DNA of 64,000 nt from Trypethelium eluteriae (lineage: Eukaryota). The stretch lies in contig JAVECL010000048.1 of NCBI GenBank assembly GCA_051942245.1, positions 1 to 64,000 on the forward strand. The letters are read 5' to 3'. Made by a program: the position numbers and the translations under genes. The notes below the pieces were generated by a model. That model saw only the letters and a list, made by a program, of their open reading frames with translations, was not told the DNA's origin and made no database searches. Below are positions 1 through 12,222 of the stretch, piece after piece (position 1 is the stretch's first letter; each line of letters opens with the position of its first letter).

Positions 1-583
1 GGTTGGCGAATATGTATTTTACGGTGGCGGCCATTGTAGCTGCGGGAATGCTGGGGCTGGAGGAGAAGGGTGAAGAAAAGGTCAGGGCGAAGGATTGTTT
101 ACGTACGTTTCAGCTTTCCTTGATGTCTTTGCTTGCGTGGCCAAACCTCTTGCCTCATTCGTCACTCCCATTGCTCCTCTCCTGCCTTTCAATCTCCACG
201 TTGCTGCTTATTTCCCTTAATCTCAAAAATTCATCACCTCTTCTGTTCGTAGCTCATGGATCTGAGCGACAATCTCGACTCCATCTCAGCTCTTTCCCAG
301 GCCACCATTGTCTTTTAACCTTACCACTCCTGATTGCTAACGTCCTGATGCAGCAAATCCTAGTAGGCTTACAGCTGACCAACGTGCTGAATACGGCATC
401 TATTTCGCTATGCCTGCGGAGCTTGAGTCGGCTCTCAGCCTCTTAGAAGAAGACAGCGAACTTGCCTCTTTGCTTGGTGACAAGCTGGTGAGTGATTACG
501 TTACATTAAAGCGCGCCGAGGCTGTGATGCTGGGTGCTATGAGTGGCGAGGAGCGAAGGCGTTGGCTGATGGAGAGGTACTGA
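1..583 (+). CDS. fluG: 3' end of FluG-like glutamine synthetase-domain protein (partial, runs off window start)
   Basis: Exon ...LANMYFTVAAIVAAGMLGL...KDCL, intron 103-353 (GTACGT..GCTAAC..CAG), last exon PNPSRLTADQRAEYGI...LGDKLVSDYVTLKRAE...ERRRWLMERY* (TGA 581-583); C-terminus resembles fungal FluG GS-like domain. Confidence 0.75.
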
Positions 584-1139
584 TATGGATTTAATCACCT
601 TAATCCTTGCTCCGGTAGAGTCGACCCGTTTTCTTTGGTAGTTCTCTATAAATTAATAGCCATCCTGGCCGTTGTACATTACTGTCCGTCTCGAGGTAAT
701 ATCAGGCCTTCACTGTACCCAACATCTAGTAGCCACCTTACGCGAGAGAGAGAAAGAGAAGATTTTTGGCGGCCTTGCGGCACTTTTTTTTGTTTTCTAT
801 GTTCTATCTACTAAGGAAATGGAAGCAAGTCTGAGCAACCGTGTCCCTGTGTGCAAATGAGTGTGTGGCCCGAAGGCAAGAAGCAAATTCCGTCAATATC
901 GCAAGTCAATACCATGCCAGTGCCCCTAAGGCAATCAGAGTGGAGATTCATATCCGCCATTATCATGTCTGCTGTCGCTTTGCCCATCGTCATCATTGAG
1001 AATCATCATTGAGAATTTGGAGAACATGCTCAAGCCAGAGGAGGTCAGTGCCACTGTCGTACGACAAGGACTAACTCCATCTGCTAGCCGATTACCCGTT
1101 TGAAGCCACATAAGCAGAAAAGTAGAGGTACAGTCATTG

Positions 1140-1174
1140 AAAGAAAAGAAAAGAAAAGAACAGAAAAGAAAAAG
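1140..1174. repeat. (GAAAA)n simple repeat (U-rich in Argonaute 3' UTR sense)
   Basis: aaagaaaagaaaagaaaagaacagaaaagaaaaag. Confidence 0.7.
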
Positions 1175-1219
1175 TGACACTATCGCTGTGTGGTTGTTAG
1201 GTTGCCGAAGGCACGACCT

Positions 1220-4200
1220 TTAGACGTACCACATCTGAGAGCAGTTAGCAGATGCTACACCATGAGGATTGCATGGATAATCTTACCTCGAACCTAATGC
1301 CACCCTGGTCAGGCATGGGAAGGAGTGGCTTGTACCCGCCGTCATCACTCAAGCTGCTCTCCTTCTTCTGCTTCTTTCCCTTCATCTGCGGGCCGGATTC
1401 GTAGGGCTTGTCCTCGTGACAGACAGCGCGCTTGGCAGCAAGATGGGCATAGTAAATTGCCGGATGAATGGAAACTGGTGTGGTAGAGCGGATGTATTGG
1501 TACGAATGATCGTAAATCATCTGCTGCAACTCGTTGACCGGGTAGTTGTTCTCATCAAGAAGAACATGATAACCCACTGGACGGGCTGTCCCCTTGATCG
1601 CACTGTGGGCACAGAGATAGAAATCGTACTCAAAAGGGCTCGTACATCCTGTCTGCACAAGCGTACCAGGCACGGCATTGCCGTTTCGGTCAGCTGCCAC
1701 ACGGTCATTGTGGTCAGGGAAGAAGCGGATATGATGACGCTTGGTAGCCACAATGACTGTTATTTTTGTCGTGGTGTTTGGATTGATCTCTTTGAGCAAA
1801 TTCTTGATGTCATGGATCTCTTCATTGATGACCTGGTGATATTGACCTTCAGAAACACCATCGCGGAAGTAGATGAGACTCTCTGGAAGCCTGCCCATAT
1901 TCAAGTTGGAGGCCCATCCGGTGATCATAGGTTTCATGAATTTTTCAATGTTGCTCGTGGCGATAATCTCCACGCGGTGGCCGTTGACGTCTATCGCAGC
2001 CGCGTAACGAGTGCACAAGAGGTTTAATGAGAAGGTCATGCACGCCGTCGATGGAACGTCGGATCCAGGAGCTGCGTGAGACACGTCCGCGCCCATGATC
2101 AGAGTTGCTTTGTTGAAAGACCCAAATTTGTCGTTGTTTTTGACACCAACTGCACGAGTAGTATAGCCTCCAAGCTTAGCATTGAATTTCATGCAGACGT
2201 TCGAGATGTATTGAGCTTGGCATTTAAAGACGTGAGCGGACTGCATGCACTGACTGACGACTCCATAACGGCAATCGGTGGATTTCTTAATGCGATTGTA
2301 CAGTTTGGCGTCTTTGCTCAGGAGGACGAACATCAACATCTGTGGTCGCATTTTATTCGCATTTCCAGTGGCGGTCCAGAGAGTCTCGACCATCTTCGCT
2401 CCGTCGGAGGCGCCGGCGCTGGGCAGGATGACTGGCTTTGGATTCACGATTCGCCCTCCGTGCTGGCTGTAAATCTTGATGAATTCGCCGATGAACCGCT
2501 CGATTGCAGCTTTGTCTGGTGCGCCACGACCCTCGGCCACCATGATGCCCCAAGCCTTGAGCTCCTTTGAGTTTCCATTCATGAACTTCTTTCCGCGGAG
2601 ATCCCAGCGTCCTGTCGTTCCGGGATTGTGAGGACCATTGCCGAACTGGACCTTAGGGTTTGGAAGGACGTGAGCCCTGACAGCTTGTGGCTGAGACTGT
2701 ATTTTGAGGCCGTATGCTTTGAGATATGGGTCCTGAACCCACTTCAACATATCGAGACCCTCCTTGATATGCGCCCACCGCTGAGGAGGCGGGGTCACCG
2801 CAAATTTGATCATATTTGAAATCTGACGATCATTCAGCTTGAAGACGTAGCGCTGCTTGGGCTTGATTTTGCAAAGTTCGAGTGGCAGGACAACATCCTT
2901 CTTCGTCGTCTTGATGAGGGGCATATCCGGGTACTTGAGGTGTATGTTGTATTTCTCGCGGAAGTATTGGACGATGGTCATTTCCTCTTCCTTTCCAGTC
3001 TTCGGGTGACGCATTTTCTGTACGTACTCCTTCGCAGATTGATTGAGGAGTTTATCAATGACATAGCTGGGTTCGGGCTTGCCCTTGTCCGGTGCACGGT
3101 GGATGACAGTGATGGAAACCTTCCTTAGAACTCGTAGGAGTTTGAACGTTTCGGATTCAAGCCTTCCTCCAAGGCCAAGCTTGTCATGCTTCGGCTGGCA
3201 TTTCATCGAGAGATCGTATCCATCACGGCAGCGCCCGAGCTCACGAGCAGTATGAAGCACTTGGCTTTCAGACCAGAAAGTACCATTGGCCACATCTACG
3301 TTGACAGACATGATCGGCCCCATGGGAGAATGAACCGGACGGATGGACTCATATACGCCATGAAATGCTTCGATACCATCACCAAGTGAGATGGGCTCTC
3401 GAGGTTCAGCGAAGAAACTCCGCTTGATCTTGGTCAATCTCGAACTTGGCCACATCCTGAGAAGATGATCCAAAAAATCTGACAGAACATTAGTACATAA
3501 ACAGTGGCTCTGTGGGTGTGGGGAGACATACTGATGGCTTCCAGGATTCCATTGTCGAAGCTAGTCTGGCCGTTCAGGTAGGCATGAAGTTTGTCGAATT
3601 TAACCTGCGGGTCCTTGGCCGGGCGAATCACGACAGTGACCTCGTCTGGAACTTCGCGCTTGCGGGTCCTTCCATATTCCTGATCAAGGTTTAGAGTCTT
3701 TCGTAATTCTTTCATCTCCGTTGGTGACCTGTGGAAGACGCAAATTAGCTCCACAAACTCAAAGGACAGCTGGCGCGGTAACATACCATGCAATGCGGTT
3801 GCCGTCATAGATCCAATTCGGACCAAGGATATTCTGGAGCGTGGGGCTCTCCCAAGCCTTCATAACTTTCCCGCGTTTCTCAACACCAGTACCGATCAAG
3901 ACCTAGGTTGGAGAATGCGTTAGACAATAGCCATAATCATCCTCTTCTAGGTATCTCAACTTACATCATATTGCCAAACGGGATTAGTAGGAAGCCCAGT
4001 TACTGGCCAAGTGTTCAAGGAGAGCTTGACTTCCTTTCCGCTGGTGTTAAGTTTGGGCTTTGCCGGAAGTGGTGAGTCAGGGATGAACTGGCGATGAGTT
4101 AGATCCAAGTCTCGCATAAGACCAGTGCTTCGTGACGAAATTGATGAAGACATGACGGGCAGAAGATTTTCGAGAAAAGAAAATGTGGCAAGACACGATC

Positions 4201-4750
4201 ATGCTCGCCAACGAGAACCTCTTGGCGTCCGCAGAAACGCACCATCGAACAAAAGACATGACAGACGAACAAAGGCCGTGAGCTATAAATATGAGAAGGG
4301 AGTAACCGTCCGCATAAACAGCATTCATTGAACGAAAATTGTGGAGACGGATGCGCTGGTAACTGTGATGCAGGGGAGAAAGACAGACAGATAGAATTGA
4401 ATCATAAAGGACTGACGGACGGATGCATGATGTGAATGTTAGACGAACGAGGGATAACTTACTCCGCGAATAACTGTCCAAGCTTGTCCTCCGAGGTCCA
4501 AATTGCGGGGGTCAAAAGTGATAGGGGTGTGCTGTGGGTCAGCCTTGCCTCCCGGAAATTCCTGCCATGGTGCTGGATCCGGATCGCGATTCCCATCGTA
4601 ACGGGGCGGAGAGCGAGGTACATAAGCCCCGGAGCTGGTGGCATCCCCCTCAGTAGGTGTCTTACCGACGTCTGAAGAGATGCTCTTGTTGCTCTGGTGA
4701 GCCGAGCTCACAGACGGGTTCGAACTATGCTGAGGCTTAGGCCCAGTCAT
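1220..4750 (-). CDS. Argonaute (QDE-2-like), multi-exon, PAZ-MID-PIWI
   Basis: PIWI motifs GADVSH, YFRDGVS, KRHHIRFFP, GTARP, YYAHLAA (D-D-H catalytic residues intact); ATG 4750, exon1 4463-4750, exon2 3965-4087, main exon in ORF 1245-3473, terminal 15-nt exon 1220-1234 (MWYV*) after intron 1235-1286. Confidence 0.95.
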
Positions 4751-5575
4751 GACGAGTAGTAGCTGTTCTGTGAAGTTCAACGATTAGAATCGAAAGAGCT
4801 AGATGGTTGATGAAAAGAGGAGAGTGATGAGGCTTTGGATGGAGGCAAGTGACGCAATGCTAAACCTCAATCAGAGTGGGTTGAGGACATTAAACGATGT
4901 GGTGAGACGCGTGTAGTGTAGAGTACAAAGAGCAAAGAGATTTCAGCAGGAGCTGAATGGGTCACAAGAATATCAAAGTGGAAGTGCTGTGGACGGAGAC
5001 GGGAGATGGAGATGATGAGTATAGGTGGCAGGTGGAGATGAAGTAAGGAGATGATGGGGGAGGGGAGGTAGTGGTTGGCTTAGTGAGTGGTGCGTAAGGT
5101 AGTGATTGGGTTGTGATGCGCCAGGCAGCAGCTGACCCCGATCTACAAGGACAGAGTGAGGTAATACTCGCTGCGTCCAAGCAGACTGAGATATGATCTG
5201 CGGCTGTTTGTGGGGAGAGTGCGGAAAAGGAGAAGGTGAAGAGCTAGGCAGCTGATGGTGTGCAGGTGTGCGATGAGGACTTACCAGAGCTGTAAGCGGG
5301 TATGAGGAGAAGGTTGTCAGAGTGCAAGTGGTAGACAAAGGCTCAGAAGAGCGGTGGAGAGATCGATGGGTAGCAGAAGCGTCTGCGCAGCGCCGTAGGC
5401 GAAGCCGGTGAACGCGTCACTGTCTACGAGAGAGTAACTGAGCAGGACTTGGATGATTTGCTTGATGAAAACCGTGGCTCAGAAGTGGGAGAGAGAAGTT
5501 GAGGGACGGACGACCTTGAAGGTGGGTGGGTGGTCGTAGGTGAAGGAGGAGAAAGTGGAAGGAGCGAGTGGCTGC

Positions 5576-5583
5576 CTTTTATA
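5576..5583 (-). promoter_or_regulatory. Putative TATA box of the Argonaute gene
   Basis: TATAAAAG on minus strand ~830 nt upstream of ATG, followed by CT-rich sequence; GTAAGT donor at 5284 suggests a 5'-UTR intron. Confidence 0.4.
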
Positions 5584-7150
5584 GGGCAGGAATCCCAGCC
5601 AACCGAGGAAATGACGAGGTCACGAAGTGAGGCGCTTCACACGCTCAACGTCGAGTAGTGTGAGTGGTATGGCCGGGTGGAGCCACTTTCAGGGCGTAGA
5701 GTGAGTACCCTAGGTAGGAAGATAAGGGACCTACTACAGCTCTGAAGATCTGTCGTAGACGCCCGACTGCTTCCTATGTGTCCGCCCGGGTTGCCAACCT
5801 CCAGTCAAGAAAGTCAATCGAGTACAATCTTTTGCATCCAAATTGGATCGAGGCAAAGGCGATTGAGGAAAGCTACAAGTTCAGCCGTGCTTGCTATGAT
5901 CACATCTAGTGAGGCAGGCTTCTGGCGGAATGGACTCGAGCCAGACGATCCTGCTCCACAGATCAGAAGTCCACCCCTACCCCACCACCACCTTGAGGCA
6001 GACATGTCTGGCTGAGCCACCAGGTGAAAGCCGCGCATTCTTTGACCCGTGGAACAGCAGCGAAGTCCTGGCCAAAGAAGCGACTGAACGAGCGTGCAGA
6101 GGAGCTACCATAGAGTCCAGCAAGACCAAAGAGACCTGAGGACCCCCTCGCGAACCGTGAAATAAGTAGAGACAACGATGAGCTCCAGAATAGAAATAAT
6201 ATCTCTATCCGTACCGAAAAGAAGTGACAGCGGCGACTCCTGATACGTCGTCGGAAAAGAAAATGACAATCGACCAAGAAGCACTAGAGGGACCCCCAAC
6301 GCGGGACCCAACGAGACATTCGGTGGACAAACGCGCCTTTCATACATGAAGAATAGTCCCCTTGGGCAAACAAGCGTCCATGCGTGGCAACAAACACTGT
6401 GCTACTGCATGCCCGGCATTGTTGTTCTAGAGATCGGCAGGCGCCTCTTTGGCATCAGATATGGCATTGGCAATTGACAAGAAACTTTTAACAGGAGGGA
6501 ATCATGGATCGTATCTTTCATTCGAAGACAGGTAGGCAGGATACGCAGGCATCTCCTACCAAACAGGCCTCTGGCGAATGTTGCAACGGAGGAAATGAGC
6601 TCCAGCAACGTTTTGGCTGGACTCGATCAGAACTCCAATTGCAGTCTATGCAATCACTGAGCTGAGCAGTTAACTGAAAACTCAGAGCAGGAAGGGGCCA
6701 TGGAAGCTCCTTCGAAGATCACATCAATGTATTTCGATGGCACTGGCTGTATACCTTATCCGATAGTCGACCTTCATATGCAAAAAGCCCGACCTCGAAA
6801 TCGCTATACCACAAGAATAAGCGTTGGCGGTATTGCCCCAGTGGACAAGGTGCCTTAGTCGCTCCGAGCCTCGCCCTTCACCCCAACGCCAGCGCTCGCA
6901 TATGCGACCACCCCGTATGAATGCAGAACCCGAAGTCGAGAGAAATTTAGAAAAGCCATACATCAGATATCAAATTGAAAGAGGCAGAGTTCCTGCTCCC
7001 ACTTTGAGTGCTGGAGATGCTTGAGAACAAGGGAGGATAAAAGCAAATAGGAAAGGGGTACACCTTGCACAGATTGCCCCATGGAGACACAGTTTACACC
7101 TCCTCCTCCTCCACCACCACTACCAAGCACTGGTACGCCCTAGAACCTAT

Positions 7151-10100
7151 TCAACGAGGGGGATAAGAATAGCCATCTACGCCGGGTCAGCAATCTCATT
7201 TCTTTACGCACGAGGTGGTTTCAACCGGGATAACACTTACAATTTGGCTGGCCATAAGCCATGGGCTGCTGCATTTGCGGCGGCATCTGTGGGGTCATTT
7301 GCGGTGGCAGCGGCTGAGACATATGGCCCATTACCTGCGCCGGGCCCCTATCTACCCTCGCGCGGGATGGATCGACCGACCTTAATAAAGCAATAACCCG
7401 TTCTGGTGCAAAGACGATGCTGTCGTAATGACGGGCAGCAGGGATGATGTTCAAGATACCCATAATCTGCTGGGGCAGGGACGGCGGAGGCTGTTGGTAA
7501 CGACCACCATTTTCGGCGATGTTGTCGAGACGCTGCTGATTACGCTTCTGCTGCTGCTGACGCCTGCCGGCTGCGCCTTTTAGTGGAGACTCACCACGGG
7601 CGAACTTGCGGGGTTGCTCACTGTCAGATTCGTCTGACGGAAGAGGGCGCTTCGGTGATCTGGCAAGTTGAGTGGGGAGAGGCTTTGGTGACTGTTGTAC
7701 GCCTTCAATAGAGTTGACGACAGTGCTTGGAAGCTTCGGGCGCGACTGCGTGGCGGGCGAGATGTTGATCCGGTACGCGATCGGGTTGAAGTTCTCGGTT
7801 GAGAACCGCTCGGTGAAGGTCATGAGCTGCGGATCCTCCGGGAACAAATCTGCCATACGCTTTTCGAGCTTTCGAATCTGGCTGAGCTCTCCAAATCTGG
7901 ACTCATAGTCATGAAAAAACTTGAAGAGAGGCTTGGTTTTGTGGATTAGCTTGGCGGAGGTTAATTGGTTCACTGACGTCTCAAAAACCGCACGGAGATC
8001 TTGATAAAGATATTAGCAACATGTGCATAGAGAGTATTGTTCTGCACTTACTTAACCCATCATTGGTGGCAACCAAGTATTTGAGGTACTCCAGCGCAAA
8101 ATACTCATCAGTCTTGAATAGCCGAATGCCCCGATCGAACAGCTTTAGGGCCGTAGCATCGTTGTAGCATTGCCACTCCAAATGTGCGCTCGCGACATAG
8201 ACGTCGCTCAAGATGCGTCCTCGTTTTCGAGCTTCTAGGAAGGTTGCCCGTAGTCCGCCGGCGCCAGTTGAATCTTTGGGGTCGCCCTTGCCTATGATCC
8301 TTCGTGAAGCCCTCATCAATCCAATCCAGGCGGAGGATATCAGCTTTTGCAAATCTAGAAGCTCAGCCTCATATCCTTTCTGGACTGCTGCGATCTGAAG
8401 TCTACGCGCCTCTTCGCGGGCGATAAGCTCGGACTGAGCTTTGCTGAAATCATCGTCATCATTGTCTTTGGCAGGAGGCGAGAAAGCCTTATCATCGGCT
8501 GATGCCTGTTTCAAACGAGTGACAGCCTGAGCCTCGCGAGCTTTCGTCTTGTCATGGAGGGCGTATAAGGTATCAAGCAGCTTATCGTATGGCACTCGGA
8601 CAGCTCTTGCACGTTGCGCATCACTCTCGGCGGGTGCCAGCTCACATCGCTCGGCCTGCCAGAACGCCAAGAGGGAGCTCTCTGGATTAGCGGCAATGCC
8701 TTGGCTGAGAAATTCTTCTCCCTTGGGTTCTCGTCCATTCTGAAAGCAAAACTCGGCAGCATCATACCACATTTCTGGCCAGAACCTTAGAGCCATTAGA
8801 GCTTGCTTGTACACGTGAACGATACGATCCTTGTAAGCATTGGCATCTTCTTCTTTCAGAACGAGTGGATCGTCCTTCTCCCAGTTGATCCATCGTTTCC
8901 AGATTTCGACCTGCTCCAGATACTCGGCCTCGCCATCGAAGCCTGGACGCGGGGGTAGCGTTGGTAGAGTCGTGCGCTTGAGACCCTTCGTGATGTTCGA
9001 CAGGGCAATGTTTGCACCTCGAGCAGTTACGTACGCAGCAGATCGCTCCTGAATGAATTTGGTACCCTAGAGAAAGATTATTGGAAGTATTCGGTGAGGT
9101 TGATCGAGTAAACTCACGGTCGTCTTGTTCACACTCCGCTCAAAGGCATCATACTCTTTCCAAAGCTTCGTTACTACTTCCGTCGGTACACATACCGCAC
9201 GCTGATAAGCCTTCCGCAGCAAATCCATCTTCTGCTGGTCTTGCCAGCCTGTGCCGCCAGCTTGGCCAGGTCCAGTACGAATAAACTCGACGTATTCCTG
9301 CCAAATCTGACCAGAATCTTTGTCAATTCCAATGGTATTGAGAACAAAATCATATACCTGTGAAACAGTCTGGCGAGCCTTTCCAGTAGTGTCTGTCATT
9401 AGAGGGTTACGTCTGCGAATGTAGCCCAGATATGTGGACCAAAGCTCGACGTCGGGCACGTTCAAAAGAGAGCGAGTGAAGATCTTCTCAGCATGGCTTA
9501 GATTTCCGTTGTCAAGTTCCATTTGTGCATATGCCACCCATTGCTCGGCCTGACAAAAAGTTAGTAGATGTTGAGGAAAGGGCCTGGAATAAGCATACAG
9601 CAGTTGGGAAAACTTCAAAGAATCGATCGTAGACTGCGCGAGCATCTTCGATCTTGTCCCGGTTGCGATATTCGTTTATGAGGCTAAGCCAGGCATCCAG
9701 GTCACCTCGAGGATCCTCTGCAATTCTATCCTCCAAGATACCCACCCGATCATTCGGCAAGCGAGCTTTAGGTAGAGACATGCTAGGGATTGTAGGGACA
9801 GGATCTGAAGATTCAGCTGGAGCAGAAATCTGGTGAGCTTTTTCTTCGCTATCTTGCTTGGAAAGTTTTGGTGCGGGAATAGTAGCAGCAGAAAGTGCAT
9901 TTGAAGCGCCATTAGAGACAGAATCTGAAACACCCTGATCTTGTGCATCGTTTGATATTTGTACATTTGATGAAGCATTATTGTTAGGCGTCTTGGATAC
10001 AGAGCGCTGAGGAGTAGAAGTTGATCGAGCAACACCCGACAGCCCATTTGCACCCGCCCCACTAGGTTTTTGAAAGGAATTATCATCCTCATCATCCTCA

Positions 10101-10474
10101 TCATCGACTATGAAACCCCCCACTGTGCGAGGCTGCTTACTGGAGACTCTCAAAGACTCCAATTGTCCGTTTGGAGTTGCAGTTGTTGGTCTAGAATACA
10201 ATTGTGTTGGAGGATAGGCTGAAGCCGCCGTTGACGATTGGGCTGGCGTGTCAACAGTGGGGGATGTCTGGCTTGCTTGGATTGCTGAGGGGTTGTAGGG
10301 AGTCGCATTATCGCCGCTGCGATAGGATGATTCAGGTATCAGTGCAGAAGGGTCGTAATCTTCCTCGTCGTCATCATCATCCATCTGTGTTGGTTGAGCA
10401 GATGGGCCGGACTGCAAGTAGTTAGCATCACCTGAAGCTTGCAGCTGCTGCAGGAAAGCAGCTTCTGGATCCAT
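7151..10474 (-). CDS. RNA14: mRNA 3'-end processing factor Rna14 / CstF-77 (HAT repeats)
   Basis: RLPNDRVGILEDRIAEDPRGD, AEQWVAYAQMEL, WQDQQKMDLLRKAYQRA, YKQALMALRFWPEMWYDAAEF, RGESPLKGAAGRR; introns incl. 9550-9598 and 8000-8051; short last exon 7151-7176. Confidence 0.93.
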
Positions 10475-11030
10475 GGAGGCCAGAAGATGGTGTCGTTCGT
10501 CCGTGCAGGAGAGTGCAGGTGGCGGATGCAGAGAAGGTTCGACAGTAGTCAGCAGTATCGGCGTCGATTATCTGAAGAAGGGACTGAGGCAAAATCTAGG
10601 TAGAAAAGGGTGGAGGATGGCGGAGATTCCCTCATGCACAAAGGGAGGTGAGTGTGGATGTCGAAGTTGAGGTAGCGGGTGTGAGGTCAAGGTCGCACGG
10701 TCGGCAGGTTAGGCAGAGCCAGAGGTGACAGTCAGCAGACAATGAGGAACGCTAGCCCCGTCTTGGCCGGGCTTTAAGCAACGCCAACGCCTCCAATATG
10801 GTCCTTACAGTGAGGAAAACGAATTGATGAAAACGGTTCACGGCCTCGCGGACTGCCTCCTTTCCATGCTGGCTCGTGATTACTTCATGTCGTCAAGTCT
10901 CGTCTAAAGCATTCTCGCATGTACACATTGATTCCACGTGCCAGCCCATCCTTTTTGTCAGCTTTCAGACCAAAAAGAACAAAGCCTCTTCGACACTCCG
11001 CCCCCAATCAACTTTTCCAGGTCGAGGAGA

Positions 11031-12081
11031 ATGAACCCCCAGATATCTCTACCTCGGCAACATGGTGGTCAGCCAAACTTTGGTAGCGTCCCATCTCGGA
11101 GTCGAAGCGAAGGTCTCCGGATGCCCCGATTCTTCAAAAGATTATTCAAGTTCCCGCAGATGGACTTTGAAATGGCGATATGGGAGATGACGCGTTTGAT
11201 AATAGCTCCCAAGAAGGTCTTCCGATCAATATACTATCATGTGAGCTATGACCTGCAGACCTTCACTGAGCTATACCTAATAAATCTCAGAAACGTAATA
11301 CGACAACTTTAAGCTGGCACGTTCCACAGCCGTAGGCTGACTACTTTTGCAGAGACGAAGAACACATGGCATCGACCTGACCCATCCTTCACATATCTCC
11401 TGTCCTTCTTCCTCCTTTTGACGTCGTTGGGTTGGGGTTTGGCGTATGCAGACGGGGTTGGAAGAACCTTCCGGATAATGGCCGTATTCATCTTCGGCCA
11501 CTTTCTCGCAGTATCACTCCTCGTAGCGACGGCTGCATATTTTTTGGTCGGCCAGATATTAGGACCTGGAGTGCCGGGATTACCTGGTAGGAGAAGAGGT
11601 CTGTTTGTTGCGCCAGGTGACACGGAACAATTGGAGTTTGGTTATTGCTTTGATGTGAGGCAAGACTTTCTTCACGAGTGCCTACGGCTACTGACAACTA
11701 TTGCCCTAGGTGTCAATAAGAGCCTTTTTCCCGATTTGGGTCTTTCTTTACGTTGTTCAGTTCATTCTCATGCCAGTGATAGCAAGAGATGCCTACGTCT
11801 CTGTCTTTTTTGGTAATTCATTATATTTGCTCGCCCTGGGCTACTATGTGGTCATTACATTTCTTGGATACAATGGTTTGTCTTCACAGTTCTCCCAGTC
11901 CCGGCTAAAATGCAGCTGACAAGGCTTAGCTCTACCTTTCCTGCATCATACGGAATTATTGCTCTCGCCTTTACTAGTGTTCGCAGTCTTGTGGGTCATA
12001 ACTCTAGTCGCAGACTACGACCTACCGAAGCACCTTGCTCCGGTGTTGTGGGCAGGAGCTGGGCTCAGGCATGGCGTATGA
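11031..12081 (+). CDS. GMH1: UNC-50 / Gmh1 family integral membrane protein
   Basis: FFKRLFKFPQMDFEMAIWEM, PKKVFRSIYYH, TKNTWHRPDPSF, LEFGYCFDV, ITFLGYN/ALPFLHHTELLL across 4 exons. Confidence 0.9.
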
Positions 12082-12222
12082 GCAGAATGCATGTATCTAT
12101 TTGTACATAATGTGATTCAGGTCTGGGGACGAACCAAGCACCGCCACATGCACGAATTGCTACGCCCAAAAAAGCCTCTACCATCCTCTATGATATTACA
12201 AAATTCCATCGATTCGCCTGGA

